Positions 17,775 to 25,299 of a stretch of 32,000 bases of DNA are shown one piece after another. The stretch lies in contig NZ_CP006867.1 in NCBI RefSeq assembly GCF_001481685.1, forward strand, positions 990,001 to 1,022,000, read 5' to 3'. This stretch comes from Ignicoccus islandicus DSM 13165. Lineage in GTDB: Archaea; Thermoproteota; Thermoprotei_A; Sulfolobales; Ignicoccaceae. The notes beneath the pieces are model-generated. The model did no database searches and had not been told where the DNA came from. It worked only from the letters and a program-made list of their open reading frames with translations. The translations under genes and the position numbers were made by a program. Every line of letters starts with the position of its first letter. The first letter of the stretch is position 1.

Positions 17775-18826
17775 GCCCTCTTGGGTAACACGTAAATTAC
17801 TCCCTTGTAGTTTATCACGTAAACCTCGTCGCCCACGGTCAAACCTATCGGACCTTCAGCTATTAAGTCTCTATCGTGTAACTTTATCGTCAAGGGATCT
17901 AGTCCAGTTACTTTAGCGGTCTCCAAGTTCTTCTCGTGAGGGTATACTATTCTCCCATTCTTTCTCATGGCCCACCAATGATCCACGTCTATAGATATTT
18001 CCTTGTTTTGATGAAGTAGGTGAACTCTGAATTTACCCTTTCCGATCGAAGTCAGAATGGCCGGTTCCTTATCCACTAAGAGACCATCGCCCGGTTCGAT
18101 TGCAGGTAACCTAACGCTTAACGTGAGCCTCTTCCTAACCCTCCCATCTCTCTTCATGCCTACTACGCTGTAGCTTTCAATTACCTTAGCGCCCAAGTTG
18201 AACCTCATCAACCTGGCAGTTTTCCTAGCCACCTCTTTACTAGCTAAGAGTACGTCCAGACCCTCCTTCTTGTCCACTAAGTCTACTACGTCTTCACCGT
18301 TATTAACCTTTGAGAAGAACTCTCCCGCGGTCCTCAACTCGTCATTGGTTACGTAGCCCCTCTCGGACCTTATTTGCAACGTAGCTTCGTAGTCGCCTCC
18401 GCTCTTCATTAGGCACTTTGGACAAACCCTCTTCTCTACGTTAAGGGGGACGGTGACGGTTTGCCTTACCTTCTTCCCGACTACATCAAGTTCGACTGTT
18501 ACGTCCGCTACGTACTTACCTCCTCGCGCTTTTCTAACGCTTAGGTCCACAACCTCGACTTCGCGTGCCGGTTCAACTGGCGCTATCGATTGCTCAATCA
18601 CCCTCTCAGCTAACCACCTTATGGTTTCATCGGGATCGTCGCTTCCTGGGTACCACGAGGACCCAATGAGGTAAGAACCGCATACCGGACATACTATTAT
18701 CTTCTGGTTAGCCTTTACCGAAACGAGCGTTTTCTCTTTAAGTAGACAATTCAAGCACAGCCCGTTTATTATCGGATTGTCCTCGCTCTCAATCGCCCCG
18801 CATCTATAGCAAAACCTCTTTAACAA
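17768..18826 (-). CDS. NMD3-related protein
   Basis: 352 aa; FCYRCGAIE...GLCLNCLLKE...CPVCGSYLIGSSW...EKRVCPKC zinc-binding region typical of archaeal NMD3. Confidence 0.88.
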   Translation of the reverse strand: MLKRFCYRCGAIESEDNPIINGLCLNCLLKEKTLVSVKANQKIIVCPVCGSYLIGSSWYPGSDDPDETIRWLAERVIEQSIAPVEPAREVEVVDLSVRKARGGKYVADVTVELDVVGKKVRQTVTVPLNVEKRVCPKCLMKSGGDYEATLQIRSERGYVTNDELRTAGEFFSKVNNGEDVVDLVDKKEGLDVLLASKEVARKTARLMRFNLGAKVIESYSVVGMKRDGRVRKRLTLSVRLPAIEPGDGLLVDKEPAILTSIGKGKFRVHLLHQNKEISIDVDHWWAMRKNGRIVYPHEKNLETAKVTGLDPLTIKLHDRDLIAEGPIGLTVGDEVYVINYKGVIYVLPKRAR

Positions 18827-18867
18827 TTCATTACCCTTATTAAGGAGGCGTGCCTAAGGGATAAAAG

Positions 18868-19737
18868 TTAAGTAATTAGTTTGCATCTCTTTAAATACTC
18901 TTCAAGAGACTCGCAAGGCATTAGGTAGGTTCTACCTAGGATACAATTTTCTATTTCGTTAACGAAGACTTCGTATAGTTCGCCGAGCGCTCTTTGGTAA
19001 TAGCTCTTGTAAGGCTCTTTGGAAAGCCTTTCCTTGAAGTTAACGCTACTAACTACTAAGTTCAATAAAGGCAAGAGCACTACGTCCTTCAATCCCTCGT
19101 GAACGTAGTATATGCTTTCAATGTTAGATAGAGCCATTAATATAGCTGTAGTGTAAGCGACCTCGGGCTTGAAGCCTCCAGTTAAGTTGGCCAAAACCCT
19201 CCATCCCCTTTCACATAACCTCAAGGCGCAACAAACTAGATTGAGCAAGCCTACGTAGAAGCTAGCGGGAGAGAAGCTCGAGCCGAGGTTTCCTAACGCT
19301 TTAACAACGTAGGTGCTTACCTTTGGCTTCAAGTAGTACCCATCTACGTCTATCCCCCTCTCCAAGACCTCTCTCAGTACGTAACACGAAGCCGCTCCCG
19401 TAGGGGTTTCAGAGCAAATTAGCGATACCTCGTCTAAGACGGGTTCCTTGCCGTTATTGATGTAAATCGACCTCATGAACTTTATTAAGGAGTTCAGTTC
19501 AGCGGACATAATTTCTGGATGTTCCCTAACTACTTCAACTAAGTCGTCTAGCTTAGCGTTAACCTTTTCACCGCACTTAACCTTGTTTGAGGCCAGCCTC
19601 TCCAGGTCCTCGTTCACGATCTCTTTCAACCGATCCTGAAGCTGGGCAGCGATGCCCCTACCTATGCTTCCCATAACCGAGTTAGTCAAAACGCTACTTC
19701 CTACCGTTATTATGTGACGAACGGGCTTCTCACTCAT
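18868..19737 (-). CDS. CARF-domain CRISPR-associated protein, APE2256-like (Csx1/Crn1 ring-nuclease group)
   Basis: 289 aa; N-terminal HIITVGSSVLTNSV and RVLANLTGGFKPEVAYTTAI, the two CARF signature regions; SETPTGAASCYVL. Confidence 0.75.
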   Translation of the reverse strand: MSEKPVRHIITVGSSVLTNSVMGSIGRGIAAQLQDRLKEIVNEDLERLASNKVKCGEKVNAKLDDLVEVVREHPEIMSAELNSLIKFMRSIYINNGKEPVLDEVSLICSETPTGAASCYVLREVLERGIDVDGYYLKPKVSTYVVKALGNLGSSFSPASFYVGLLNLVCCALRLCERGWRVLANLTGGFKPEVAYTTAILMALSNIESIYYVHEGLKDVVLLPLLNLVVSSVNFKERLSKEPYKSYYQRALGELYEVFVNEIENCILGRTYLMPCESLEEYLKRCKLIT

Positions 19738-19771
19738 ATTGCATCGAAAATTTCATTGGGAAACGTAGTAA

Positions 19772-21124
19772 TTACTTTTTTGATAGAACGTTCTTATATT
19801 CATTAAATAACTCGTTAACGCGCTTCCTCCATTCGTCGAATTCGCTCGGGTTCTTGGGATAGTTCAAATACAGTTCCTTAACCTCCTTCATGTAGTCGGC
19901 CACCGTCTTCAGTTTCGATAGTAACGAGGGCTTCCCTAGGGCCTTGATTACCCTCATTAATTTATCAGTACTGCTTATCTTCAGATCGCCTTCTAATGAC
20001 GCTTTCAATAAGTCCTCTTCCTTTATTATTTTGTTCCTCATTCCGTAATTTATCTCCTCATCGCTTAAGGACTGTAAGAATATTCTGAAGACGTCCAGCG
20101 CCGCTTGCTTAGCGCCGTATGCTTCCATGAAGTCAACGTTGTATTGCCACAAGTTCTCTATGGTGGGCTCTTCCTCTAAGGCCTTCACAGCGTTCTTAGC
20201 TAGCAGGTAGGCGCCGAGCATTCCGGAACCTATGCCCCCGCCGTGTATAGGGTTAACTTGGTACGCTGCGTCGCCCGCAGCGGCGAATCCGTCTGCAACC
20301 ATTGTATCTAGGGGCCTCCTGGTTGGTACTACGCCCCCACCGGCGTGTAGGACCTCGCCCCCAATTCTATTAGCTAAGTACTTGTTAAAGTACCACATAG
20401 GATCCTTGTGTCCCACTCCGCCTTGAACTCCCAGACCCACGTTAACCTTCATTTTACCGGGATAGGGGAAGAGCCACCAGTATCCTCCCGGGGCTTTCTC
20501 TTGTGAAACGTAAATTCTAATGTACTCCTCGTCTTCTATTGCGTAGTTGATCTTCCTTATTTCCCTATAAGCTATAGCAGTGTCCTTGAAGTCGAGCTCT
20601 TCAGCTACGGGCCACGATTTCGGCAAGGCCCTTCTAATTATTGAAACTACGCCTGAAGCGTCTACAACCAATCTACTCTCTATAGATTCTACCTTATCGC
20701 CCCTCCTAACCGTTATTCCTTTAACCTTCCCGTCCTTCACGATAGGACCTAAGGCCCTAGTTGAGAAAGAGAACTCCGCCCCCGCCTCTCTAGCTAAAGA
20801 GTAAAGCCACTTGCCGAATCCCCTCCTGTTTAACATGAACCCTTCTCCGGGCACGGTCCAAACAGTTTTTTCGTCAGGAGAATATATTTTGGCTCCAACT
20901 ATCCTACCCTCAATGGCGTACTCAGGAGGTTCGCTTAAGGGTATTTTGCCTCCGAAATATTCTTTACTAATAGCATCTCCACAGACTTTGTTACCTATAT
21001 CGTCCTCGGACCTTAGGTCTACTACCAATACCTTGTAACCTTTCTCTGCAATAAATTTAGCGGCAGTTAGGCCGGTCGTACCGGCTCCAACTATAACTAC
21101 ATCGTACACTGTCGCCTTACCCAT
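19772..21124 (-). CDS. Geranylgeranyl reductase family FAD-dependent oxidoreductase
   Basis: 450 aa; DVVIVGAGTTGLTAAKFIAEKG, GDAAYQVNPIHGGGIGSGMLGA, PGGYWWLFPYPGKMKVNVGLGV. Confidence 0.92.
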   Translation of the reverse strand: MGKATVYDVVIVGAGTTGLTAAKFIAEKGYKVLVVDLRSEDDIGNKVCGDAISKEYFGGKIPLSEPPEYAIEGRIVGAKIYSPDEKTVWTVPGEGFMLNRRGFGKWLYSLAREAGAEFSFSTRALGPIVKDGKVKGITVRRGDKVESIESRLVVDASGVVSIIRRALPKSWPVAEELDFKDTAIAYREIRKINYAIEDEEYIRIYVSQEKAPGGYWWLFPYPGKMKVNVGLGVQGGVGHKDPMWYFNKYLANRIGGEVLHAGGGVVPTRRPLDTMVADGFAAAGDAAYQVNPIHGGGIGSGMLGAYLLAKNAVKALEEEPTIENLWQYNVDFMEAYGAKQAALDVFRIFLQSLSDEEINYGMRNKIIKEEDLLKASLEGDLKISSTDKLMRVIKALGKPSLLSKLKTVADYMKEVKELYLNYPKNPSEFDEWRKRVNELFNEYKNVLSKK

Positions 21125-21199
21125 AGCTAGTTCTCAATAGGCCGATATTTAACGAAGTGGTAATCCATTGAGAACTTAAGAGAGGAGGCGAAGGTACCC

Positions 21200-21412
21200 T
21201 CATTTCAATTTCGAACAATTAAGCGAAAGGTTCCCATATATCTCTAGAACTTCGTTTAAGAGACTCTGAAAGCCTTTCCCGAATTTCCCGGGAAGCTTAC
21301 CTTCTTTCAACTCCCTCTTGTATTTATGTAATTCGCCTTCGCTTATTTTATAGACCTTCGTAATAGCCTTCTCTATTTCATCATATAAGATCAATAGTTG
21401 ATTTTCGTTCAA
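21200..21412 (-). CDS. Small hypothetical protein
   Basis: 70 aa charged ORF from TTG; no motif or homologue recognised. Confidence 0.35.
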   Translation of the reverse strand: MNENQLLILYDEIEKAITKVYKISEGELHKYKRELKEGKLPGKFGKGFQSLLNEVLEIYGNLSLNCSKLK

Positions 21413-21444
21413 TTAACAAGTTCTTATGCGACTATTCAGTTAAA

Positions 21445-21452
21445 TTTATAAT
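21445..21452 (+). promoter_or_regulatory. Archaeal TATA box for tRNA-Asp
   Basis: tttataat, about 29 nt upstream of the tRNA. Confidence 0.6.
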
Positions 21453-21480
21453 CACTATCCCGAAGAGTGGCGTGGAAGGA

Positions 21481-21558
21481 GCCGCGGTAGTATAGCCAGG
21501 CCTAGTATGCGGGCCTGTCGAGCCCGTGACCCGGGTTCAAATCCCGGCCGCGGCGCCA
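21481..21558 (+). tRNA. tRNA-Asp (anticodon GTC), CCA encoded
   Basis: GCCGCGG/CCGCGGC acceptor; anticodon arm CGGGC-CTGTCGA-GCCCG; T-arm CCGGGTTCAAATCCCGG; 3' G-CCA. Confidence 0.95.
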
Positions 21559-21661
21559 CTTCTCCCTCATAATATTTCTCACCTCTTCCCAAGTACTCAA
21601 TTAACTCAATTCCACGAGAAAACTTTATCTCCTATCTTGCAATAGAGCTGCATGTAAGAGA

Positions 21662-22225
21662 ATGCGTTTAAGAGAGGCGTTATTGCTGATTATGCTCCTC
21701 CAAAGTCCCTTCGCACTGAAATTTACCGTTACAATTGAGAATAACGGTCTATTGTGGAACGAAGAGTGGGGCTACGAAATATACCTTACAATTGATGGGA
21801 AATCGGTTTTCTCCACTTCCTACTCCGTAAATTGCGGATGGGGTTCTAATTGCTTCGTAACTCACACGTTCCCGGACGCTTCTTGCGGCATCTCCGGTCA
21901 ACTAGTCGTAACGGAGACTAACTACTTCTATGGAACTATTGTTGGAGACGTGTTGAACTTTGAGTACTCAGTTACTACCCTAGGAGTGAATCGATACCAG
22001 TACATGGGTGAATCGCTTGTACTCGGTCGAATAGGTTTCGTCATAGAAAATTATGCCTCTGAACCTTGCGTAAAGACGAGTCCAATAACAACGCCGCTAG
22101 GCGAAGGAGCTATTAGAAACGTTCCCGTGAACATCTTACTAGGCCTAGGCGTAATACCAATTCTCACTAAGTTAAAGGAAGTAAAGAGGAAACGAGGCCT
22201 GCCAAACACAAAAGCCGTTAAGTAG
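21662..22225 (+). CDS. Secreted/membrane-anchored hypothetical protein with cysteines
   Basis: 187 aa; signal-peptide-like N-terminus MRLREALLLIMLLQSPFA; C-terminal hydrophobic stretch followed by KLKEVKRKRG. Confidence 0.7.
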   Translation: MRLREALLLIMLLQSPFALKFTVTIENNGLLWNEEWGYEIYLTIDGKSVFSTSYSVNCGWGSNCFVTHTFPDASCGISGQLVVTETNYFYGTIVGDVLNFEYSVTTLGVNRYQYMGESLVLGRIGFVIENYASEPCVKTSPITTPLGEGAIRNVPVNILLGLGVIPILTKLKEVKRKRGLPNTKAVK

Positions 22226-22248
22226 TCTTCCCTTAAGGGAATTTCACA

Positions 22249-22899
22249 ATGGATTTAAGGGAGCACTTGCTTTCCGGTAAACCAATCATGATATACGACT
22301 CGGAGAGTAGGGAGAACGAGGTAGACTTAGTCTTCTATTCGGGAGCGGTGAGTAGGAGTAGCATATACGCTCTCAGGTCTTTAGCTGGCGGCCTCATATG
22401 CTTCTCAATGCCCTTGGAAATAGGTTCCCAATTAGGTTTAGACTACATGCATAATTACTTGAAGGAACTCGGTTTCGCGAGCCTCGTGAGGCCTCAATCG
22501 TACGGGGACTACCCCGCCTTTTCGATTTCTGTAAACCATCAAAGCGTTGGAACGGGAATAAGCGATGAAGACAGAGCCAAGACCGTTAGGGAATTGTTCG
22601 AAGTAGTGAAACTCGCTCTCGAAGACCCCTCTGAGGCTAGAAAGAAGTTTCTAAACGAATTCCAAGCGCCCGGTCACGTGCCCATACTCCTTGCCAGGAA
22701 CTTAGACGAGAGGCAAGGTCATACGGAGTTGAGCACGAGGTTGTTCCAGAGCTTGGGCTTAGTACCTTCGGCAGTGTTCGCTGAAGTCCTAGACTACGGC
22801 CACTCGATGAGATTGGACAAGGCGAGGGAAATATCTAAGACGTTGGGCATACCCTTACTCTCTTCTAATGAAATAATCGAGATGGTAAGGGGTAGATGA
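22249..22899 (+). CDS. ribB: 3,4-dihydroxy-2-butanone 4-phosphate synthase
   Basis: 216 aa; YDSESRENEVDLVFYSGAV, GLICFSMP, SVNHQSVGTGISDEDRAKTVRE, GHVPILLARNLDERQGHTELSTRLF. Confidence 0.94.
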   Translation: MDLREHLLSGKPIMIYDSESRENEVDLVFYSGAVSRSSIYALRSLAGGLICFSMPLEIGSQLGLDYMHNYLKELGFASLVRPQSYGDYPAFSISVNHQSVGTGISDEDRAKTVRELFEVVKLALEDPSEARKKFLNEFQAPGHVPILLARNLDERQGHTELSTRLFQSLGLVPSAVFAEVLDYGHSMRLDKAREISKTLGIPLLSSNEIIEMVRGR

Positions 22900-22950
22900 A
22901 ATATTATTTAGATACTCGTGAATAGGTAATATTCGAGGTGTGAGAATACG

Positions 22951-23463
22951 ATGAACTCAAGGAAAGGTTTCGTGGACCTAACGTTGGTCGGTATAGCGCT
23001 CGCCGCACTGCTATTGCTAGTAGGCGTCTACTACTTCTTCATTGCTCCTAAGGCCCCCACTTCCGTGGAGGCGAAGGCTAAGGCGTATAAGGCCATCGAA
23101 GTACAGCTCAGGCCTATTAAAACAGTTATATGTGTAGATAAGAAGGAAGAGGCAATTTTCGAACTAAGTCTAGTCAATCCAATTACTAATCCAAAAGCCT
23201 ACGTTCAGTTGGTCATTAGCGCACCACCGGGCGTAACGGTTTACGCCGGTCAAGGAGTTAAGGGAGGCTCCGGACTGGTAACGACCAATACCGTGTTGGA
23301 ACCGGGCGACGCAGCAACTATGAGAATAAGGGTAATAGGAGTTGAGCAAGGTAAGAAGATACTTAGCGGTACCGTATACTATTGGTTCGAAGGCGAAGAT
23401 AAGAAGGACGCTAAGAGAATAGACCTTGACTTCCCAGTAGACTTCGTGATCTGTGGTAAGTAG
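22951..23463 (+). CDS. Archaeal type IV pilin-like protein
   Basis: 170 aa; class III signal MNSRKG|FVDLTLVGIALAALLLLVGVYYFFI, followed by a beta-rich ectodomain. Confidence 0.7.
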   Translation: MNSRKGFVDLTLVGIALAALLLLVGVYYFFIAPKAPTSVEAKAKAYKAIEVQLRPIKTVICVDKKEEAIFELSLVNPITNPKAYVQLVISAPPGVTVYAGQGVKGGSGLVTTNTVLEPGDAATMRIRVIGVEQGKKILSGTVYYWFEGEDKKDAKRIDLDFPVDFVICGK

Positions 23464-23468
23464 TTTCA

Positions 23469-23475
23469 TTTTTTT
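23469..23475 (+). terminator. Oligo-T terminator after the pilin-like gene
   Basis: TTTTTTT just after the stop codon, with another T-rich run near 23491-23500. Confidence 0.45.
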
Positions 23476-23530
23476 GCTCAATAACAACGTTTTTTATTTT
23501 AATGCGACGTAGTACATTACTTTCTTAAAA

Positions 23531-23974
23531 ATGATCCCACGTGAACCCCACGGGGGTTTAGTTTTGAGGATAATCGAGATCCTTAAGGTCGATGGGAAAG
23601 GTAGGGTCACCATTCCGAGGACCGTTAGGGACGCGTTAAATATAATAGAAGGCGGTTACGTGATAATGATAGCCGACTTGAACAAGAACGAGATCCTTCT
23701 AACCCCAACTAGCGGGAGCGGGGGAAAGTTGCTGGAAATTAGAATACTGTTTAACGACGAGAGAGGTAAGTTAGCGGAAATATCTGAGGCGTTGGCCGAA
23801 ATGAACGTCGACCAAATTACTACCAATTGCAGGACAATGAGGAAGGGCGAAGTGGCGGAATGTACGATAGTTGTAGAGGCGTCAAATGAAATGGATGAGA
23901 GCGAAATAGAGAGGAAGATATCCGGAATAAAGGGAGTTAAGGAAGTATTAGTTGTTCCCATTCAAGGGCACTAG
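23531..23974 (+). CDS. AbrB (SpoVT) DNA-binding domain fused to ACT domain; transcriptional regulator
   Basis: 147 aa; VDGKGRVTIPRTVRDALNIIEGGYVIMI, then LEIRILFNDERGKLAEISEALAEMNVDQI. Confidence 0.83.
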   Translation: MIPREPHGGLVLRIIEILKVDGKGRVTIPRTVRDALNIIEGGYVIMIADLNKNEILLTPTSGSGGKLLEIRILFNDERGKLAEISEALAEMNVDQITTNCRTMRKGEVAECTIVVEASNEMDESEIERKISGIKGVKEVLVVPIQGH

Positions 23975-23986
23975 CGGTAAAGGGAT

Positions 23987-24670
23987 TTGAGCTGCGAAAG
24001 AGCGAGAAAGTACCTAGAGGGACTACGCGGAGCCCTGAAGAGCTTGAATTTTTCCGATGACGTGGAAAAAGTAGTTGATCTAGCTAGGAGATACGTGGAC
24101 GATACCGAGTACTACGTAAACAAAGGCGACTGCGAAACGGCCTTGGTAACCGCTTCCTACGCCGAAGGCTTGCTCGATGCCTTGAGGCTAATAGGAAAGG
24201 CGAATTTCCAATGGAAGAGAGAGGAAAGACCCAAGGTACTGGTTGGAGGTACCTTCGACCTACTCCATCCAGGACACGTGGAGCTCTTAAAGGAAGCTTC
24301 CAAGTACGGAGACGTAATTGCCGTGGTTGCAAGGGACGAGAACGTTAGAAAGATAAGGGGAAGGGATCCAGTTCTACCCCAAGAGCAAAGGGCGTACATG
24401 CTTTCATCCATAAAGTACGTCAAAGAAGCAATGGTAGGTGAGGAAGATCCCCTCGAGAGCATATTGAAGGTTAAACCCGATATAGTGTTCTTGGGTCCAG
24501 ATCAATTCTGGAAAGAGGAAGAGTTGAAGAGAAGACTGAGGGAAAGGGGCTTAGAGGTTGAGGTAATTAGAATGAAGGAGAAGAAGTGCATACCGAGAGG
24601 CATTTGCTCGTCGAGGAAAATAGTGGAAAGGGTATTGGAATTGTTCTGTGGGAAGAAGAGCCGGGAGTGA
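23987..24670 (+). CDS. DUF357 domain fused to cytidylyltransferase-like domain (RibL/FAD-synthetase-like)
   Basis: 227 aa; helical N-terminus, then KVLVGGTFDLLHPGHVELLKEASKYGD and C-terminal RGICSSRKIVERV. Confidence 0.85.
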   Translation: MSCERARKYLEGLRGALKSLNFSDDVEKVVDLARRYVDDTEYYVNKGDCETALVTASYAEGLLDALRLIGKANFQWKREERPKVLVGGTFDLLHPGHVELLKEASKYGDVIAVVARDENVRKIRGRDPVLPQEQRAYMLSSIKYVKEAMVGEEDPLESILKVKPDIVFLGPDQFWKEEELKRRLRERGLEVEVIRMKEKKCIPRGICSSRKIVERVLELFCGKKSRE

Positions 24671-24738
24671 CCCGCCCCGCGCCCATCGGTCCCCGAGACG
24701 GCGGGGCTTCTATGCGCGGGACCGGGGTTCGCGGTTCC
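24671..24738. ncRNA. GC-rich two-hairpin intergenic element, possible structured ncRNA
   Basis: Hairpin 1: GCCCCGC (24674-24680) / GCGGGGC (24701-24707) with inner TCGG-TCC-CCGA. Hairpin 2: GGGACCG (24718-24724) / CGGTTCC (24732-24738), loop GGGTTCG. Minus-strand TATA-like GTTTTTATAAT at 24753-24763. Confidence 0.4.
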
Positions 24739-24765
24739 TTCTTCGCTAAAGGATTATAAAAACTT

Positions 24766-25248
24766 TTACCATCCGAGCACTCCGCCTATGTCAGCGCTCT
24801 CCTCAGCTTGGGAGGAACATTGAACGGCCAGCGCTCCTATTTTGTCGGCCAACCAAGACCTAACGTTATCCAACTTACCTTCTTCAACGACGTACATGTC
24901 CGAAAGCTGCGCGTCCTTGCACTTCCCGAAGAACCTGGCTTCTATCATGTTACCCCTCTTTCCGAAGGTGACCTCGGCTTCTATCTCGTAAGTTCCCGGA
25001 ACTACCTTCCTGACCTCGCCTCCGGACCTTATCTCACCTTCTTCAACAGAGAACTTGGCCGAAATGGTAAGGGAGCCCTCGCCTTCTTGGACTTTAACGT
25101 CTACTTCCTTTAGAGCCCCTCCTAGGTAGTTTTCCAAGCCCTTCTTCACTTGCTTCTCCGCTGATCTCGCGCTTATCAAAGCCCTTTCCCAGTTCTGAGA
25201 TCGCTCGGAGGGGTTATAACGTGGAGTTCTCGAAGGGTGAGCTGCCAC
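24766..25248 (-). CDS. Hypothetical protein
   Basis: 160 aa ORF; alternating beta-like pattern in the middle (VDVKVQEGEGSLTISAKFSV); no family recognised. Confidence 0.65.
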   Translation of the reverse strand: MAAHPSRTPRYNPSERSQNWERALISARSAEKQVKKGLENYLGGALKEVDVKVQEGEGSLTISAKFSVEEGEIRSGGEVRKVVPGTYEIEAEVTFGKRGNMIEARFFGKCKDAQLSDMYVVEEGKLDNVRSWLADKIGALAVQCSSQAEESADIGGVLGW

Positions 25249-25299
25249 TCCCTTACTTACTTAAAAAGATAACGTTACATTGCCACACCCGGTGGAACG

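Noticed and set aside
18868-19737. Possibility that a CRISPR-Cas locus lies next to the CARF gene
   Set aside because: No regularly spaced direct repeats and no cas-like proteins seen in this window; flanking genes are NMD3-like and geranylgeranyl reductase.
24671-24738. tRNA or tRNA-half interpretation of the GC-rich island (contains GGGGTTCG)
   Set aside because: The TTCG-containing loop is not flanked by a 5-bp T-stem, and no acceptor or anticodon arms can be drawn on either strand.
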